In this document: positions 60,037 to 64,000 of the stretch, piece after piece | Position numbering within the stretch: position 1 is the stretch's first letter | Layout of the letters: every line of letters starts with the position of its first letter | Assembly (NCBI GenBank): GCA_036172245.1 | Contig: JAYWIR010000026.1 | Location: 992,001 to 1,056,000, forward strand | Reading direction: 5' to 3' | DNA: 64,000 nucleotides | Origin: Raillietiella orientalis | Taxonomy: Eukaryota | Program-made: the position numbers and the translations under genes | The notes under the pieces: generated by a model | The model's database searches: none | What the model was told of the DNA's origin: nothing | Seen by the model: the letters and a program-made list of their open reading frames with translations, nothing else

Positions 60037-61748
60037 TTTTCACCCGGTCATGCCGGGACGTTTATTTACATAAACGAGCTGGAAACAATTGTTTTTAGCT
60101 CTCGACTCTGAAAACATGCAGCGGAGATTCACTCCTGGCACGCAGGCCAGGAAAACGGAAGAACATGGACGACTGAGGGAAGTCCAAAAAAAAAAAAATT
60201 GTAAATGGGAGGAGTGGGCCAGGGAACTTTGTTGTTGCTCCGCACTCATTGGGAAACTCAAAAGTTCTAGCACAAAAAGGACTCGGGAACGTATGGGGAA
60301 AAGGACGCGAAAACAAAAAAAAACAATCAAAAATAAAATGAGGGCGGATCACCGATTTCGTTGTTCTAAGCCGTTGCTGATCCGGTGATGGATACCGGTT
60401 AGCTCCTCCGTTGTGTCTTCATATAAGTGTCGTTACTCAGCTGCCGACCTCATGAAGTCAGCTGCCTTCTTGGTGACACAACATTGCTGTCCAATATTCT
60501 CCAGCACGTCTCGGACCGTGACGATGGCGCGGATGCAACCAACTGTGGAAATCGTCGCAGCCATCGAAAGTCCTTGTGTCTGGAAGAACCGTCGCAGCAC
60601 TTCTCGAGCGGTGTCTCCTGGTGACGGGAGAGCTGCTGCTAGCCTCCTCCACAGTTCCTGGAGGGCTCCGCAGTCCATAACAAGGTGCGGGAGCGACTCC
60701 TTCGCTCCGCACCGGGCACAGTAGGGAGAAGTCACCCCACCGGAAACTCGGTGGCGCCGCTCGTTGTGGCGCAATCCCCAGTGCAAGAAAAGCGAAACGT
60801 CTTGCTTCCATGCAAGGGGAAACACCGAACCGTCCAAACACCAGGGAGGGACTATAAGTTCTTCGGTGGCAACACCAAGAACTTCTCTTCACCGAAGAAA
60901 CCCCTTTGGTGTAGCACGAGGAGTGGCGGCATCCGCAAGCTCGCTCGTGGTCCATTCGTTAACTGGTTTTGTTCTTCCTGCAGTGGTGCAGGAGAACTCC
61001 CACCTTGCAGGCTGGCTACTGTCATTTTGAGCCTCGAGGGCAGACAGTGCTTCGGCAAGGGGGGTGGCGGTCAAAGAGGAAAGCTTCACTTCGTCCTGCA
61101 TGACATCTTGGAGTGACCAAGGCTGGAATCGACGATGGGGGCGAAGATCTTTACGGCTCATTTCTAAGAATGCAGCCCACGAATCAATGGATTCCTGCAT
61201 CCAAGCATTATAGTTCATTGGTCGGCAGGTAATCCACGTACTGGCTTCCAATAGGGTGGCGATTTTCCTTGAAGGATAGCCAAGTCCCTGTTTCCTGTGG
61301 CGCAAGCCAGGCACCAAAGAAAGTAATCCTTCACTGCCTGCACACCTTTTCAAAAGGCTGCGCGCAGGCGCACACAGGGGCGAAGTCCATAGCTCGGCAA
61401 AAAGTACGAGCATCTGGAACTGCACTTGCAGTCCGATTCGCTCCATAGTCAGGATACGCAAACCAGCATCCCGACGCGGAGCAAGCAAATCTGTAAGGCG
61501 GATCCTGGATCTCGCCGGACCCCAGAGAGCGTTTCTAAGCAGGAGTTTTGCCTGCTCTTTGGCCGCACAGGGGAAGTTCAAGACAAAAAAGAGGAATCGG
61601 AGGAGGGGGGCCACGAAGGTGCTGCAAATAGCCGCCCGTTCCGGCAAGGTGAACTTGCTGTTAATGAACGGGCTGGCAACCAACTCGGCCTTATGAAGGC
61701 AGTCCGACCACGCCTCGGCAGCACCGAGGTCGCCCAACGGAACGAAAA
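60037..61748 (-). mobile_element. Copy L (lineage 1): 5'-truncated insertion with an 11-bp target-site duplication
   Basis: AACGTTGAAAT at 60026-60036 and 61749-61759; APRRDAG, CARCGAKESLPHLVMDC; hairpin 60041-60066. Confidence 0.93.
60041..60066 (-). terminator. Conserved 3'-end signal (AATAAA + hairpin), type example; eight further copies listed in findings
   Basis: Element strand AATAAA-CGT-CCCGG-CATGA-CCGGG-TG-AAAAA. Confidence 0.85.
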
Positions 61749-64000
61749 AACGTTGAAATCACCGAACCACATGGGCATTCCGCACGCCTTCTCTGGTCAG
61801 CCAGTCGCGCCGGAGAGCAAGGAAAAACACTTTCCTCCCCCTCCTATTCATCAGGTCCGCGCCAATCGGTGAGTACACGTTCGTGACGATCAGATCGATC
61901 GAGTCGGACCACCTGAAAGTCAGCTGGCCGACAGGACAGTGATCGTCGAACCGCACGCTCCAAGCCGCGGCCTCGACTGCTGGCCGAAGCAGGTAGGCGA
62001 CACCGCAACTTTTCGGTTTCCCACACCTATACCATAGCCGCCATCCGGAGAACCGTTCGATCTTTTGCGCTTGTTCTGCACAGATCACGTGGATCTCCTG
62101 CAGCAGCGCAAGGTCGTAGGACTCCAGAAGAACGGCCATGTCTCGTCTCCTGCCGGCGTCTGTCATGCCGTTCACGTTCCAAACGACGATGCGCAGACGA
62201 CGGCGGGAGGAGATTCCCGGCATTACTGCTGGGAAGATTAAGGTGTGGGGTAGCCCACCTCTTGCGAGGCAGGCATGATATCCATGGGGGTTTCGGCCTT
62301 CTCAGGAACCAGAGGCACCTGTTCGGCCTCCACCTCCTCCATCCCCTCCGTGTCCGCGCGTGGGAGTCTCTCGGGCGATGGGTCCCGAGAGTTTCCCACG
62401 CTGATGGCACCCTTGCTTGCGGAAGCCATTTCTTCCCCCTCGACGGGGGAGACGAGCTTCCTCCGCTTTCTGAACTTACGTCCAGACTTCCTGCGGGGTG
62501 CCGTGGAGACGGAGGCTGCATTTCCGGCCTCCACCTCGGGGTCGGAAGTGGGGGACTCCTGAGGGGAGGCCGGACGCCTTACGGCCTTCTTGCCAGCCTT
62601 GGAGGGTTCTGGCTGCAACGAGGCTGCCAGCTCCTCCGCGGCTCGCGCGAAGGCTACGTCATCGATGGTGGTGTCGATGACGGACGCCGCCGCCGGCTCG
62701 CTCCCCTCGCTGTTGACATAGTCAACAGAGGGGAGGTCGTCGGTAGCGGCAAGTTCTTTCTGGCAGCGTTCGGCAACATGGAGAACGCGTTCGACGACGA
62801 CGCTGCACTCTTTAATTATCGCGCTACCCTGCTCTTTCTTCTTTTGTTGGTAGGCGATTTTTTTTTCCATCCTCCTCTCCTTCTTTGATTTTTTTGCCGT
62901 TGCCACTTGCCACCCAATCTCCTGGCCGGCTTTCTCAACTTTTTCGGCGTTGGTCGCCGGAATCTCGGGTGCTGCCTGGGTCTTGGGAACGGGTGGCACA
63001 GTCTTCGCGGCAGCTTTCGCCGCCAGACTTTTCTGCAGAAGCCGGGCGCGTTTTTAAAGGTTTCTCTTGGAAACCACTCGCACTGCTGCTTTTGAGCACC
63101 CCTCCTTCGTGTGACCCATTGTGCCGCATACTTGGCACTGCACGTTGGGACACCTCTTTTTGAGGTGGCCCGACGTATTGCAGAAGCCACATTATTTCGG
63201 CTTCCCCACATACCAGAGTTCGACGGTTTCGCCTTCGGCCTCCAGATTGTAATGAAGAGTGCAGCCCTCCCAAAAGGTCACGCGCGCAGCCGTGAAGCCG
63301 TGTTGTAGCCCCGTGTAGTCCTCGAAAGGACCAACTTTCGTCCACTGCGGGTGGACCGTTCCAAACTGTTCCAAAGCGGCGCGAACCAGTTCTTTGCGCA
63401 TTCGCGCGGTCACGCCTAACAGGTGGACCACCATGCTGCGGTCCGCCGTAGTGGAGAGAAGCCTGCGCGTCTCCATCACAACGGAGGTTTTAAGCAGTCG
63501 TTGGGCCAGCTCTGCATGTTTGCAGATGACCTCAACGTACTGACCCCCGCTGCGGAAGGTCATAGCGCTGAGCTCCTCCTCTTTCACATCGAGAGCGCGC
63601 ATGCCCTTCGAGAAGGCGCGCGCGCTCTCTAAAGAATATAAATTGCCTACCTTGTAGAGCAATGAGGGGTTGTACCCCTCCTCTACATAGCCCGACAATT
63701 CCGCCGCGGCTGCAGGCGATGGCGCCGACACAACGGCGCTCCACGCCCGCGCTGCAGCGGGGACCGATTCCGTGGGGGCGGATGCCCCCACCTCCATCGC
63801 CTCTGGGGGCGACGTTGCCGCCGCCCTCTGGCTCTCTATCGCCTCTGGGGGCGGCGTTGCCGCTGCCCCCTGGCCATCCCTGGTGGTCGCGTCAGGCATC
63901 GCTGCCTGATCGACCACCGAACCACACGACGCTTGCACTGGGGAAGACTTCCTGGCACGAGGAGCACCGAGAAAACACGTCCACCCTGGAGCGCACAAGG

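Larger units (their letters stand above)
57189..63993 (-). mobile_element. Copy E2 (lineage 2): both termini, degraded, split by L
   Basis: GGACGTG 63982-63976; ORF1 63900-62238; APE 62223-61749 and 60036-59830; RT 59488-58110; decayed hairpin 57192-57218. Confidence 0.88.
3095..64000. mobile_element. Contiguous nested array of L1/Tx1-type non-LTR retrotransposons (>60 kb, open at the right edge)
   Basis: Abrupt AT-to-GC switch near 3100. Recurrent motifs WNVNG, LQEIH, NVYAP, GDFN, IDH, SDH (APE); KAPGEDG, WRPI, DLHKAFD, RQGDSLSPLLF, YADD, KYLG, PRRDGGLG (RT); CxxC..H..C (C-terminus) and ORF1 CCHC knuckles on both strands. Confidence 0.96.

Noticed and set aside
13474..60066. Recurrent ~27-nt hairpin read as CRISPR repeats, attC sites or bacterial terminators
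   Set aside because: Copies are kilobases apart, always follow AATAAA at retroelement 3' ends, and the context is a spliced eukaryotic locus with no cas or integrase genes.
18212..63632. Numerous antisense and alternate-frame ORFs in the track (e.g. 26287-27318, 31224-32378, 53600-54565)
   Set aside because: Shadow ORFs expected from GC-rich coding DNA; no motifs and not conserved between families.
3095..64000. Telomere-type head-to-tail accretion (HeT-A/TART-like)
   Set aside because: Orientation alternates, inserts are internal with TSDs, and no telomeric repeat is visible.
3095..64000. snRNA, tRNA, 5S or rRNA target fragments at junctions (usual Tx1 targets)
   Set aside because: Every junction flank I could read translates as retroelement ORF; I recognised no RNA-gene sequence, though a covariance-model scan is needed to be sure.

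Overview
Eukaryotic (probably animal) genomic DNA with two sharply different compartments. (1) 1-~3.1 kb is AT-rich and holds the first six exons of an ASCC3-like helicase gene on the minus strand, with very small GT-AG introns (42-59 nt). (2) ~3.1 kb to the window end is a GC- and CpG-rich block built only from non-LTR retrotransposons of the L1/Tx1 type (ORF1 with CCHC zinc knuckles; ORF2 with APE endonuclease, YADD reverse transcriptase and C-terminal CCHC). I resolve about 17 copies from about 12 families, under working labels of my own: A, B, J, L, M = lineage 1; C, E, F, G, H, I, K = lineage 2; X = outlier. They are nested up to three deep with essentially no host DNA between them, and no copy is intact. 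The junctions look non-random. Family E repeatedly sits antisense in the RT DxxKAFD motif, family A antisense at (S/T)VxVE codons of ORF1, family C antisense at PxGFG, and B/L sense at GDFN. 12 of 15 assignable insertions are antisense, and the two lineages mostly insert into each other. The elements share a 3' AATAAA plus CCYGG/CCGGG hairpin with almost no poly(A), and a 5' DPE-like GGACGTG that in 5 of 10 cases lies exactly +28 from a CA located in target-like sequence. Their endonuclease appears to lack the usual specificity loop. The leading hypothesis is a guild of site-specific retrotransposons that target one another, possibly helped by a target-matching RNA leader. All alignments and junctions were read by eye (+/- a few nt).
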